IMG/VR virus record: IMGVR_UViG_3300026549_000035
Span: 32,918 to 96,917 of that record
Reading direction: 5' to 3' (one strand)
DNA length: 64,000 nt
From: a virus
How positions within the stretch are numbered: the first letter of the stretch is position 1; each line of letters begins with the position of its first letter. Made by a program: the position numbers and the translations under genes. Shown here one piece after another: positions 36,926-48,269 of the stretch. The notes beneath the pieces are model-generated. The model was not told the DNA's origin, did no database searches, and worked only from the letters and a program-made list of their open reading frames with translations.

Positions 36926-37453
36926 ACCTGTTACTCTACGAAGTTGTTCTATATGAGTTCCACCGCAGCGAGGACAAGTATCATTAATTTCACCTTCCCA
37001 ATCGCAATCTAAACATTTATCAGAAGGAACATTTATTGCAAAATAAGGAATATCTTTGTCCATAGCATAGTTAACTATTTGTTCTAAGGCTTTTGTATTA
37101 TGAACGGCAGACGCATCTAATTCTACATAAGTGATACAACCTGCAGAAGAGTATGGAGTTAATTGACTTTCAATGTCAATCTTATCAAATGGGCTAATAG
37201 AATACCAAACTGGAACATGGATACTATTAGTAAAGAACTCTTTATCAGAAACATTTTTAATAATTCCATATTTTTCTCTAAATTTTTTCAATGCTGTATA
37301 ACATAGATTTTCTGCTGGGGTATAATAAACTCCGAAGTTAAGAGAATATTGCTCTTTGAATTCAGCGCAACGCTTTTTAAATAACTCTTCAATTCTTTTA
37401 GCAACTTCCATACCTTTTTTTGTGGTATGATCGCAACCAACTAAGATCTAAAG
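36926..37453 (-). CDS. nrdD: NrdD exon 3
   Basis: …(ILV)GCDHTTKKGMEVAKRIEEL…CLDCDWEGEINDTCPRCGGTHIEQLRRVTG. This is the C-terminal Zn-ribbon of class III ribonucleotide reductase. The 5' boundary is approximate. Confidence 0.65.
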
Positions 37454-38686
37454 AGTCTCTGCGAGACCTAACTGCATTTTTTATACCCTTCTTTTCAGAA
37501 TATTTAAAGGGATTAGACTATACCATAAATTGATTTATAAATTTCTTGATTGTCTAATTTATTTTTTCTTATTGGTAGTTTAAATTGATTAGTAATTTCT
37601 TTCCATGTAACTCCTCTAGAAATATCTCCTACAGTATTTTTTCCTATGTTATAAGAATTAGCAATTTCCTATAAAGTATTACTAGTAAATATAAGCTAAT
37701 AACAAATATTTTGGACTTCTAATTCAGATAATTTATTCTAATAAACATTCTTTTTTATATTTTTTCTAATAGGATAATTTAAATCCTTAGGACACCAGCT
37801 GTTTTTTCCCCTGTTTATTTCCCCAACAGTATAATTACTTATACCTAAAGTTAAACCGATATCTACAATAGATAAATTTAAATCATTTTTTAACATATCT
37901 ATAATCTTTTTAACTAAATCATTATTTAATTTAGTATGATTTGGGGTTTTTCTTATTGGATAATCTAAATTAGCTTCATAAAAACTTCGCCCTCTATTAA
38001 TATCACTAATACAAGTGAGACTTACTCCAAAATCATTTGCAATTGTTTGAAATGTTATATTACTATTTTTTAACAAGTCTTTAATTTCCATTTCAGCAGA
38101 ACCGCATATTAATTGTTTAGAGGTGCTTCGTTTTCCTCCTTTAGTCATATTATATCCTTTTCCAGAAGTATAATATGCATCAGTTATTTTTATTTGATAA
38201 ATTTCTCTTTCATCTAATTTTTCTAATGGAATAAAATCTTCTACAACCTCTATTGAAAAATTATCAATTCCATATTTTTTTAAAGCTCGATGAAAATACA
38301 ATTCATCATTTTTGGTATCCTATAAATGTTTATTAATTCTATCTTGTAATCTACAGGTAGTCTAACCAATATAAATTTTTCCATTAATTTTATTAGTAAA
38401 TTTATAAATTAAACCAGTTCTCATAAAAATAATTGCTCCTTTTTTACTTTTTCATATTATTATGAAAACTGGGACAATCGCATTTTTCAATTTTGTCCAT
38501 TATAGTCGTTGAACGTTCCTCTGTTCTAGAGGCTTCGCTGCGTCTGGTTGCCCAATCCTTAACGATTTTACCATATCTTGGTCGCTAACCTTGCCACTTA
38601 TATATTCCTATATAAGCTTGGTTGTTAAGGCTCTAAGGGTGTTCCCGCAATTTAGGACATTTATAGTGGGCCAGTGTTAGGCTTTA
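37454..38686 (-). mobile_element. group I intron (distinct subtype) in nrdD carrying a GIY-YIG homing endonuclease gene
   Basis: Exon 2 ends …ALKHGTLAVG (…CAGTGGGT), complementary to an internal guide-like GGCCCACTA. A roughly 260-nt 5' core with hairpins (GTGGGTTAAAGCCTAACACTGGCCCAC…) precedes the ORF. After the ORF comes a roughly 60-nt 3' tail …GTCTCGCAGAGACTCTTTAG. Confidence 0.6.
37513..38424 (-). CDS. GIY-YIG homing endonuclease, about 303 aa
   Basis: MRTGLIYKFTNKINGKIYIG[TAG]TTCRLQDRINKHL[TAG]DTKNDELYFHRALKKYGIDNF…GYNMTKGG, followed by two repeated HTH modules (…IANDFGVSLTCISDINRG…, …LTLGISNYTVGEINRGK…). Confidence 0.8.
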
Positions 38687-39023
38687 ACCCACTGCCAAAG
38701 TTCCATGTTTAAGAGCAGAACGTATACCCTCTTCTGGAATGTAACCTGCCATAGTATGATTTTCATACATAAATTTAGCAGAATTTGGATTTTGAGAACA
38801 AATCCATTCAAAACGTTCAAGTAAAGAATCTTTTGCATCAAAAATAGCTTGATCCAAAATCTTTAAAAATACTTCTACAATATCATCATCATATTCACTG
38901 TCAAAAACTTCTTTTGCTTCCATTGCTAAAGTAGGAAGGATAATTGTAACAGGACAAATATTTCCTCTACCATCTTTTAACTGACCAAAACCATTAATAT
39001 CCCAACCATTTGCAGTTCTACAC
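38687..39023 (-). CDS. nrdD: NrdD exon 2
   Basis: CRTANGWDINGFGQLKDGRGNICPVTIILPTLAMEAKE…ALKHGTLAVG. Joined to exon 1 it restores the conserved MGCR motif (…STMG|CRT…). Confidence 0.65.
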
Positions 39024-39830
39024 ATGTTTACCTAATGTTGCCATTAGCACTGACTATATCTTCTATCTTTTTATTAAGATAGCCTTCCGCTTCGAATATG
39101 TGCCTATCTCATATTCTACTCCCTTACATTCATCAGGGATAGTCGATACAGGTTTTTAATCTTTATCATATTTCCAAATATATCCATAAGCTGTTTTTTG
39201 TTTATTATTTAAACAATAATTAATTCCAACATTTTTAGATTCATTTCCTAAAAATCTAGCTGCTTCTCTTGCTGTTTGGAATCTTTTTAATAATTGTCCA
39301 TTTTTATTATACATTAAAACATCAGCAACATATTTAGAATTTTTATTACCTTTTCCTTTTTCTGAAATAATTTCTTTAATATAATCAGAATGTTTATGAT
39401 ATTCAATACCGCCTAGATCAGCATTATATCCATTTGGTAGTAAAGAATTATACTTTTGAATATATTCACGTTCTATTTTTGATATTTCATTATCTTTTAT
39501 ATTTGTTAAAAGTATTTCAAAAGAAAAATTTTCAATTCCATTTGCCTATATTGCTTTTCCTATAAATGATTTAGAACTTGGTTTTTTATGTTCTGCGAAT
39601 CGTTCATATGGATTTCTATTTGTAATACCTATATAATTTTTATTATTTAATAAATTTGTAATTTTATATAAACTATACATTTTATCACCTTCTCTTTTTA
39701 AGATGATAAAGATTAAACTTCCCACGGTCTCATCCGCATGGGACCTAACCGTTAGCGCAGTCACATTATTTGCGGCCGCACACCCTCAGGCGAGGTTCAA
39801 AAGGTTTTAGATGAGCTATAGTTTCCACTT
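39024..39830 (-). mobile_element. group I intron (IA2-like 'GCTAACGG' family) in nrdD carrying a GIY-YIG homing endonuclease gene
   Basis: The 5' exon ends …ATGGGT. The intron carries …GCGCTAACGGTTAGGTCCCATGCGGATGAGACCGTGGGAAG… (compare T4 td …AACGGGGAACC…AATCCCGTG…). After the ORF come CCTGTATCGACTATCCC…ATAGTCAGTGC then a hairpin, ending G. Confidence 0.65.
39157..39680 (-). CDS. GIY-YIG homing endonuclease, about 174 aa
   Basis: MYSLYKITNLLNNKNYIGITNRNPYERFAEHKK…NGYNADLGG…KTAYGYIWKYDKD. The start is anchored by track ORF 39546..39764. The 3' end coordinate is approximate. Confidence 0.75.
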
Positions 39831-41096
39831 ACCCATCGTTGAGAAATAAGTTCTTGGGTCATTTCGATCATATCCAGCATTACCAGACCAATCAACATTA
39901 GCATAATTTGGATATAATCTCTTAGCAGTAGATTGTAAAGCTAATTGATATAAATCGTAATTGGGGTCTCCCGGTTTACGATTAACTCCCTTCATACATT
40001 GGAAAATTCCACAAGGGAAAATTGAAGTTCTATAATGTTTTCCTAATCCTTCAATAGACACATCTAATAAAGCTTTAATTACCATTCGACCTTCTGAACT
40101 AGTGCAAGTTCCATAATTAATAGAAGTAAATGGAAGTTGATTTCCACTTCTGGACTGTAGAGTATTTAAATTATGATACATACCTTCTGCAGCTTGGTGG
40201 GCTTCTCTTTTAGTCATTTTAATCGCAAAATTATATACTCGCTCATTATATGCTTTCCATTCTGGATCATCAATGCTATAATCTTTCGCATTTTTTGCCA
40301 TATTGACAATTTCATAATCGGCTTGAGACCAATTTTTATCTTCAAGGAATTCCCAACCATCTATATAGTGCTTTACAAAACTTTTACGCACATATGGAAC
40401 CATTGTCCAATCTAAATGAGTTGCAGAAACTCCACCAAACTATTGTAAGCTTTGTAACTAGAAAATAACCGCAACCAATTGGAAAGCAGTTTCTAATGCT
40501 CCAGCAGTTCGAACATCCGTTTGACGAGTGTTAAATCCTTCTGCTAACAAATCATCAAAAGGAATACTTAAACAGTTATGAGATCCAACATAATAACTAC
40601 CTAAATCATGGATATAGTTTCTATTATTAATATGATTGTAACAAGCTTTATCAGATATAATAAAATCTAAAGCTAATTTTTTAGCTACAACATCCATTGC
40701 TTCGCCAGTTCTTCCTCCAAAAGAGTTCTCATCTACATTAGCATTTTGCTTTTGAATGTTTTTTGCATCTAGCTTTTCTCTAATAGCATCAATAAAATCA
40801 TGTTGATAATTACGAGCTACCTCTTTTTTATAACGATATCGAATATATGCACGAGCCACATCAAGACGCTCAGAGCGCATTAAATATTCTTCTACTAAAT
40901 CTTGAATTTTTTCAATTGTGCAGAGGTCATTATCTTGAGATTTAAAATAATCTTCAATTTCATCTGCAATATCTTTAGCAGTATCTTCTTCATAGAGTTT
41001 TCCATCTACTTCAAGAAAAGCAGCATTAATGGCATCTATAATTTTTTGTTTATCAAATGTAACAAGAGTTTTATCTCTTTTTTCTACATTAATCAT
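39831..41096 (-). CDS. nrdD: NrdD exon 1 (ATP-cone + N-terminal catalytic region), about 422 aa
   Basis: RBS AAGGAGTG then MINVEKRDKTLVTFDKQKIIDAINAAF… is an ATP-cone. …NRNYIHDLGSYYVGSHNCLSIPFDDLL…LQSRSGNQLPFTSINYGT…YFSTMG follows. Track ORFs 40458..41096 and 39816..40403 are in frame and joined via TAGs. Confidence 0.75.
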
Positions 41097-41174
41097 AAAA
41101 ATTCACTCCTTATACAAAATATTGTGTTTTACTAAAAAACTCTATCAATATATATGGTGTTTTGGATTGAATTT

Positions 41175-41408
41175 TTAACTATTGTTGTCCTAATCCGCAA
41201 TGAGATAGTTAATATACCAAATTGCTTTTTTTAAATCTTCTACACCATTTTTATATTTCCATCGCCACAAATACTTAATTGCATTTGCTGTACAGAAAGA
41301 TTCTATTCCCTCAAGACCTATTGTTGCAGCCTTGAGGGCTTCTATACATTCAATTCCACCCTCGTTGTAATGACGAGGATGATTTACATTATCATTTTGA
41401 ATTATCAT
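41175..41408 (-). CDS. DUF3310-family phage protein, about 77 aa
   Basis: …HPRHYNEGGIECIEALKAATIGLEGIESFCTANAIKYLWRWKYKNG… matches the HPxHY…IEcI signature. Confidence 0.55.
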
Positions 41409-41436
41409 TGTATATTTACTCCTCTGTTGAAATTAT

Positions 41437-41847
41437 TAATTCATATGGAGATATATAAAACATTTCTGGTTTATAGTCTGCATATAAAACAGTTCTTTTC
41501 TAATAATAAATTTTTATATCAAGATTGTTATTTAAACAATACCAATGATATTTTACATTTTTAAATTCTGGTAAAAAACGATATTCTTGTCCAGGCTTAA
41601 TAATTATATTTTTTAATATCATTTTTTCTAAAGGAATTTCTATATAAGCACCATAATCACCAATAACAACACGAGAATATCCTTTAGCTAAAAAATGACC
41701 ATATTTATCATATATTTTACAATTAAGATTTCCGTTCAAAGAGAAACAAGACGGAAGTTCTTTTTCGTATTGTCTTCTTTGTTTTATAGATAATTCTTTC
41801 GGTAAAGGTTTATAATGATATTGATCTACTAATTGTTGAATTGTCAT
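41437..41847 (-). CDS. hypothetical protein, about 136 aa
   Basis: Track ORF 41500..41847 extends through TAG. The start overlaps the dnaE stop (TAATG). Confidence 0.4.
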
Positions 41848-43250
41848 TATTCTCCATTCTCTCCTTTATATCTTTCACTCTAAAGAATTAAACTACCATC
41901 ATCATTAACTTCTAAAATATGATATAATTGATGCCCAACAGAAGAAGCATATTTTTTAGTTACAAAAGTATCTCCAAGTCTAATTCCTTGCACCATAATC
42001 ATATTACCTCTATTAAAAAAACTTTTTTCTATTACATGTTTAACTCCGTCTAATCCTTTTTCTGAAATTTGTTTATCAAATAATGCAAAATATTCTTTTC
42101 TGAATTTTACATTAACAACTCCGTTAGTCGTTAAAATTGTTACTGTACCTTTTGTCTTATTTTTAGCAATACAAGTTCCACAAATACGACAAAGTTTAAA
42201 GATATGAATAGGCTTATTCTTTTTATAAAAGGTTTTCTCTATTTCAGGTTCTTCAGGTAAATTATAAAAATTTTTTAAACCATATCTTTCAAAATCAACC
42301 TTTGCTAATTCATGTTCATGTTTATAGAAGCAAAGAACTTCCATTTCCCAAGCAGATAAATTCGCCTTTCCCGCATATTTATCCCAATCTGCTTTAAATA
42401 TTCGAGTATTTAATTCAGATAAAATTTCTTGTCCATCTTGCGCAAGCCATTCTCTAAAAACATCCATATAAGATTGATATATTTTATCCCATTTTTTCAT
42501 ATTTAACGTATTATCTGAGTTAATTAAATTAGCGACTTCTATTTCTACTAAAAAATCAATTGCTCGATTATCAACATGATAACATACTGAATCATTCTTT
42601 ACTTTACATATAGCTTTTAAATATCTATTAAATTCATAAACTCTAAAAGCTAATTTTCTTTCTTCTGTATCTAATGGAACTAAGTCTTGTTTTAATAAAG
42701 TTGGAAAATTTTGTAATGTTAATCTAGCTTTTTTATCACAAGTTTCCCATATATACCAAGCCATAGCTTTTTTTCTATCCATCATTTCATCAAAAGCTCC
42801 CGCTTTAATTAATGATATCATAGGTTGTTTTTTTGGTTTTACTTTTTGATAGAAATCTTTTATTGAACTATATGGACGATTTTTAATAATCTGATTCACA
42901 AAATCATCGTTTACATTTAATAAAGCTTTCATTCCAAAAAGAATTCGATTGTTTTCTACATCAGGTTTAAATCCAAAATCAGAAGTATTAATATTTACTA
43001 GACTAACATTAATACCTGCATTAATAATTTCATTCAAAGCTTTTGCAACTTTACCATAATCAGTACTTGCTGCTTTTTTTTGAGTTTCATTTTCTTCTGA
43101 TTCTAATACATTTTCATCATCGTCATCTTCTTCTAATGAACCACTGTTTACAACTAAGCAAGCCGTATCCCAATATATAGGATTCCAATGAGTTCCTAAA
43201 TATAAAGTTTGCGCTCCAACAAAACTATATGCTAAAGCGTGTATGCATAA
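41847..43250 (-). CDS. dnaE: DNA polymerase III alpha (DnaE-type) exon 3
   Basis: …CIHALAYSFVGAQTLYLGTHWNPIYWDTACL… aligns with DnaE HSAAYALVSYQTAWLKAHYP…, and the C-terminal region runs to TAA at about 41847. The 5' boundary is approximate. Confidence 0.65.
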
Positions 43251-44462
43251 TTAATTTATTACTGACTATTTTTTACAGGTGTTGTAGTGAAGTTGGCAAA
43301 ACTTCTTACCTGCACACTGTTTCCCAATGCGTATCAATAGCATCAGTACTCTCTGTCTAACCAGAGATAGTCGATACAACATTTCTTATTTAAAAGGTTT
43401 ATTATATTATTTATTTCTTAAAGGATATTGATATTCTTTTTGTTTATGCGAACGTCCAGAATTAATATTTTTTACAGTAGAATAAGATTTTCCCCATTTA
43501 TCAGCAATTTTTTTTAATGATATATCAGAAGTTAAAATATCTTTAATAATTCCTTTTACCCAAATTTCATTATCTTGTTTTCTACAGCCTTTATTACAAA
43601 GAGGATATTTTTCTTCTTTATCATAAAAATATTTTCCTGTATTTATCATAGATAAAAATCCAGCGCTTTTTATATTAAAATCTTTTTGAATAGAACTATA
43701 TTTTTCTCCAGATTTTATTCTTTTTTTAATTTCTTTAATTTCTTTTTGAGAAAATTTACTTTTAGCATTTTTCTTTAAAGGATAATCAAAGTCAGGATTA
43801 AAAAAATTAGTTCCTGTATTGATATTTACTAAAAAAGTTCTTTTTAACTTTGGAGAATACAAATTCTCAATATCATCATATTCTTCATCATTTAACAATC
43901 TTTTTTGAATATCTTTAATCTCATTCTCTGTAAATAATTTTGAGCGTTTTAATTTTTCTTCATAGCTTAAAGGAGGCTTTGGACATCCCTCTCCACCAAT
44001 AGTTACATTATATCCATTTTCATCTTTTAAAGAATGATAATAAGCAATAAAAAATTTTTCTCTTTCATTTATAAAATCTTGACTTTCTTCGTCTGCAATC
44101 TCTTCTAAAACTTCATAATCAAAATTTTCTATGCCATATTTTCTAATTGCGCAATGAAAAGGAAGCCAATAGCCAAAAGCTTTTTCATTAAATGATTCAC
44201 TTTTATGTCCATTATATCTTTTTTGTAAATTATTCGTTTGTCCAATATAACAATGTCCATTTATTTTATTTGTAAATTTATAAATATAAGTCATCTTTTT
44301 TCACTCCTCTCATGGATATTTGAAAAATATAATATCTCTTTTAAATAGATTTGTCACGAGATTTTACCCTCGTTAGCAATTATTTTATTTATTTGCCAAA
44401 TAAATTATCAAAATAATTACCCCCGTGATGAGCGGGTTAAGTGTGTAAGCGCCATTACAACG
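43251..44462 (-). mobile_element. group I intron (IA2-like family) in dnaE carrying a GIY-YIG homing endonuclease gene
   Basis: It splits the conserved DnaE motif GY(S/G)F|N-K-S-H-S-A-A-Y. The 5' part carries …GCTAACGAGGGTAAAATCTCGTGACAAATC…. The 3' part carries …TTGTATCGACTATCTC…AAAAATAGTCAGTAATAAATTAATTATG. Confidence 0.6.
43407..44294 (-). CDS. GIY-YIG homing endonuclease, 295 aa, TAG-free
   Basis: ORF track: MTYIYKFTNKINGHCYIGQTNNLQKRYNGHK…GYNVTIGGEG…, with repeated C-terminal modules. Confidence 0.85.
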   Translation of the reverse strand: MTYIYKFTNKINGHCYIGQTNNLQKRYNGHKSESFNEKAFGYWLPFHCAIRKYGIENFDYEVLEEIADEESQDFINEREKFFIAYYHSLKDENGYNVTIGGEGCPKPPLSYEEKLKRSKLFTENEIKDIQKRLLNDEEYDDIENLYSPKLKRTFLVNINTGTNFFNPDFDYPLKKNAKSKFSQKEIKEIKKRIKSGEKYSSIQKDFNIKSAGFLSMINTGKYFYDKEEKYPLCNKGCRKQDNEIWVKGIIKDILTSDISLKKIADKWGKSYSTVKNINSGRSHKQKEYQYPLRNK

Positions 44463-45665
44463 CTAAATGAATAACCCATCTGAGGTCCAGCTCCGTAACG
44501 CCAAACATATTGACCTAATTTTTCACTTTTAGCTTGCCGCAAAACCTTATCTCTTAATTCAGGAATTTTATCCATCAATTTTTTACCAACCACTTTACGA
44601 GCTTTGTTAGCATCTCCTAAACTAAAATTACAAATATTAGGATCCATTAACATTTTCATAAGCTGCTCTTGGCTTGGTGGAACTCCATATGACTATTTAA
44701 AATATGGTTCTAATATTTTTTGTTCAGTTTTAGTTAAACCAAAATCATCCATTTCTTTATACCATAAAGAAATATCATTTTTATAACGATAATATTTATC
44801 TATAGGACGTTCTTCGCCTTCTTCACCCATCAATCTCATTAATCCATTTGCATCAGCCATTTCAAGAATAGATTGAGGTTTAAGAAGTTTAGCGGTTTTT
44901 ACACCCTCTGTGCCTTCAAATTGGAAGGTATTAATAACAGACATCTTTCCTAATGCTTCCCATATTTTTTTATCAGTTTCTATTGGAAGAACATTTGGAT
45001 GAAGATATTTATTATAAATTTCTCGAAGAGATAAATCTTTTTCAATTTCACCGTCTTCTTGAAGAAATTGAATTGTTTGAACAATTTTATCTTGTGCTTC
45101 AGTTACAAGAAAATCATATTTTGTTAATCCCATATATTCGGCATCATGTAAATCATATTGAGTAATAATTTTGCCTTTTGGAGTTTTCATAAAAGCACTA
45201 TGTTCAAATGGATCACCATCAAATAAAACAATTCCAGAAGCATGAGAACTTCTTTTATTTATTGTTCCTTCAATAGCTAAAATAATATCTAATAATCCGG
45301 GGTAATTATTTACTTCATAAATAAAAGTTTTTACAGGTTTTCTATGTTTTTCTTCATTACCATGTACAACATCTTTAATACTCCATAAAAATCCTCGTTC
45401 TTGTGGAATTAAAGAAGCCATATACTGGGCTTGGTCAACATCGATACCATCTGGATACTCTTCACTACGATAACCTCTACATGCGGTTAAAACAGCAGAC
45501 TTAGAACCTTCTGTCCCAAAAGTAGAAATACGAGCACAACCAAAAATTTCTTTTGCCCATTCTGGAACATCATTATTAAACATTTTACTGCGTTCAGTTG
45601 CAATTTTTTGAAGAATTAAATTACATTTAGATGGACATATATCTATATCAATATCCTTTTATTAT
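44463..45665 (-). CDS. dnaE: DNA polymerase III alpha (DnaE-type) exon 2
   Basis: DIDIDICPSK…ISTFGTEGSKSAVLTACRGY…AIEGTINKRSSHASGIVLFDGDP…GLTKYDFL…LGDANKARKVVGKK…GYSF. These are the DnaE core motifs (PDIDIDF, RHASTHAAGVV, AMGKKK). Boundaries are approximate. Confidence 0.65.
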
Positions 45666-46815
45666 TGGACTATATCTTTTACAATAAACTACTGAGAATA
45701 ATTACTTCATTTATTGTAAGAGTGCGCTACGGAATAGTGCTTATCTCTATTCCTCTATATTAGTCTCTACACTCCAATAAAAACCTTTATATAATGTTTT
45801 ATTTTTAATGGCTTTATCTAAACCTGTATGACCTTTCATATTTAAAAAATCTAATACTGCTGTTTTAGCATTAAAAATTTTTATTAAATTATAATCTTTA
45901 TCATACATATAAACTTTTTTACCATTAATAGCATTATTTTTACTTTTTCCATACATTCCATTTTTTACTCCTGAAGTTTTTCCTTTACTATGTTCAGACA
46001 TTAATTTTTTAGATTCTTCAGTATGATGTTTTCCATACATTCCATTTTTTGCTCCTTTAGTAGCCTCTGACATAGTTTTACGATATTCTTCAGTTTTCAT
46101 ATAAGATGTATCTCTATTTTTACGAATTTTTTCTTTAGTCTCTTCTGTCAAATGAATACCATATCTAGGATTATTTTTTCCTTTATATTTATTACTCATT
46201 TTTTGTGAATATTTTTCTTTTTCTTCTTTACTCCATCCAGCTCTTGTATTACCACCATTTCCGCCTTCGTGAATATTATAAAAATTTTCATCTTGAACTG
46301 CGTTAAAAGCAGAAATAAATTCTCTTTCTTTATTAAAATTTTCTTCTTCATTAGATGAAATAAAAAGAATTTCTTTTTTAAAATATTCTATGCCTATTTT
46401 TTTTATATCTTCTTTTAACTTAGTTCCACTACCTAAGTATTTATCATCTAATTCTCCGTAGTGTTTTCCGATGTATTTTTTACCAGTTAAAAGATTTGTT
46501 GTTAAATAAATATAATGTTGTTTCATATTATCACCCTTTCATTATTATATGATTAAAGTGATATTGACTTTGACAGACATTGACCAAGATTTTTATATAG
46601 TTTTTATTAAAGCACGGTATTACGTGTCTAGCCTTTTCAGGACCACTCGCTCTCTTAGTCAGCTGATTCGCATATTATAAAATATATATAATATCTTATT
46701 TTGCTGATACCGTTAGCTTGTGCTTTACCAATTTTTGACAGGAATTTTTGGTAAGCCACAAACACCTCTTAGCAGAGTTCACACTCTTTTTTTACAACTC
46801 GGCAATATCAATATT
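45666..46815 (-). mobile_element. group I intron (diverged member of the IA2-like family) in dnaE at the PDIDIDF motif, carrying a GIY-YIG homing endonuclease gene
   Basis: Exon 1 …ERIELGSL and exon 2 DIDIDIC… rebuild the conserved DnaE motif. The 5' part carries …GCTAACGGTATCAGC…ATACCGTGCTTTAAT…. The 3' part carries …ATATAGTCCAATAATAAAAGG. The repeated GAATTTTTGGTAA motif also occurs at 46725-46760. Confidence 0.55.
45747..46526 (-). CDS. GIY-YIG homing endonuclease with NUMOD3-like repeats, 259 aa, TAG-free
   Basis: ORF track: MKQHYIYLTTNLLTGKKYIGKHYG…NIHEGGNGG… plus repeated NxxYGxHxTEEtK modules. Confidence 0.85.
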   Translation of the reverse strand: MKQHYIYLTTNLLTGKKYIGKHYGELDDKYLGSGTKLKEDIKKIGIEYFKKEILFISSNEEENFNKEREFISAFNAVQDENFYNIHEGGNGGNTRAGWSKEEKEKYSQKMSNKYKGKNNPRYGIHLTEETKEKIRKNRDTSYMKTEEYRKTMSEATKGAKNGMYGKHHTEESKKLMSEHSKGKTSGVKNGMYGKSKNNAINGKKVYMYDKDYNLIKIFNAKTAVLDFLNMKGHTGLDKAIKNKTLYKGFYWSVETNIEE

Positions 46816-48206
46816 AGACTACCGAGTTCGATTCTCTCATCATTTAAATATCTAAAGAAAGGAAGCTCCCATTCTATTGGATCTAATTGAGTTATTCCCA
46901 TAAGATAATGGTTTAACGCAGCGCAAGAAGAACCTCTACCTGCGCCAACCATAGATCCTGAATCCCATATTAAATCAATATAATGTTGTAAAGTATTAGG
47001 ATAACGAAACATATTTGTTTCTAATTTTTCACTAATAATACTTTTTACTCTTGCTTCTTCTTCTAATTCATCTATATACTTAGATTCACCAGTTTCATTA
47101 TAATTATTCCAACCATGACCAATTTCATCTAATTTTTCCCAACACTGATTTACCCAATATCTATCTTGAATATCATCTGATGTAAATAATTTTTTTAATG
47201 TCGGATAGTTAGTCATATCATCGGCATAATCATTATTAACACTCCACCATGCTGATTTAGGATAATCTTTAACTTCTACAGAAGGAATGTCTTGTTTATG
47301 AAATAATGAATAAGGCTTTATTTTATTTTGTATATCTAATGTATTTTTTAATATCCACTGACAATCTTCAATAGGATAACTATTTTTTAATAAATCAAAT
47401 ACTTCTGAATAATTCATTAAATAAGTAAATTCATAAAAGGCATCTACTTCTCGGTCGCCTTCTTTTGAATTTAAATATGCTTTATGGACTTGTCTTTCTT
47501 GTTTTGTTAAATAATGTGCGTCTGTGCCTACCACCAATTTAATATCATATGCTTTCGATATTTTTAATAAAGCTTGATTAACTGAAATTTGATCAGATGA
47601 AGTGCCCGGCGCACACTCAAGATAAAAATCATCTTTAAATAAATCTTTACAAAATAAAAGGAAATTATGAATTTTTTGATAATAAATCATAGCATTATTA
47701 TCATCATTAATTTTTCTAGCCATTAAATATAATAATATATTCTAAGGAAGTTCTCCTCCTATACATGCAGATGTTGCAATTAAATGACCAGAAAATTTAT
47801 TTACAATCTCTTTTAATTCTGTTTTTAAAGTAGGAACACGTTCAATTTTACGATCTACATAAGAATTTATCCATGCCCTTGAGCTTAATTCTCTAAGTGC
47901 TCTATGACCAATGGCATCTTTCGCAACTAAAATAAAGTGATAATATTTTTGACCTCTATCTCGAGATTCTGTTAAATAAATCTCATTCCCAAGCGCAAGT
48001 TTAAAATTAGGATGTTCTTTCTAAATAGACTTCATATGTTTTTCCGCTCTTACATGAGCAGATAAACATTCGTGATCTGTTATAGCAATACCAGATAAAC
48101 CTAACTCTATTGCTTTATCAATTAAACCTTCGGGCTGATTAATACTATCTATTAAGCGAATATTACTATAAATTGTATGATTATGACAACCAAAATAAGA
48201 CTGCAT
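46816..48206 (-). CDS. dnaE: DNA polymerase III alpha (DnaE-type) exon 1 (PHP domain + fingers), about 465 aa
   Basis: MQSYFGCHNHTIYSNIRLIDS…GLSGIAITDHECLSAH… is a PHP domain. Track ORFs 48021..48206 and 46779..47723 are in frame and bridged by TAG-containing sequence (…GAGRGSSCAALNHYLMGITQLDPIEWELPFFRYLNDERIELGSL). Confidence 0.7.
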
Positions 48207-48269
48207 ATTCTCTTTTTCCGCCCTTTCTTTTTTATTCTTTTTATATTATAAAATATATTTTTATAAAAG

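Noticed and set aside
40173-41135. Plus-strand ORFs 40173..40415 and 40902..41135 (also 44604..44786, 44953..45165, 50231..50440, 58323..58505, 60775..61083)
   Set aside because: All lie antisense within well-supported minus-strand genes (nrdD, dnaE, hypothetical, endonuclease, SSB-like). They have low-complexity AT-rich translations and no RBS.
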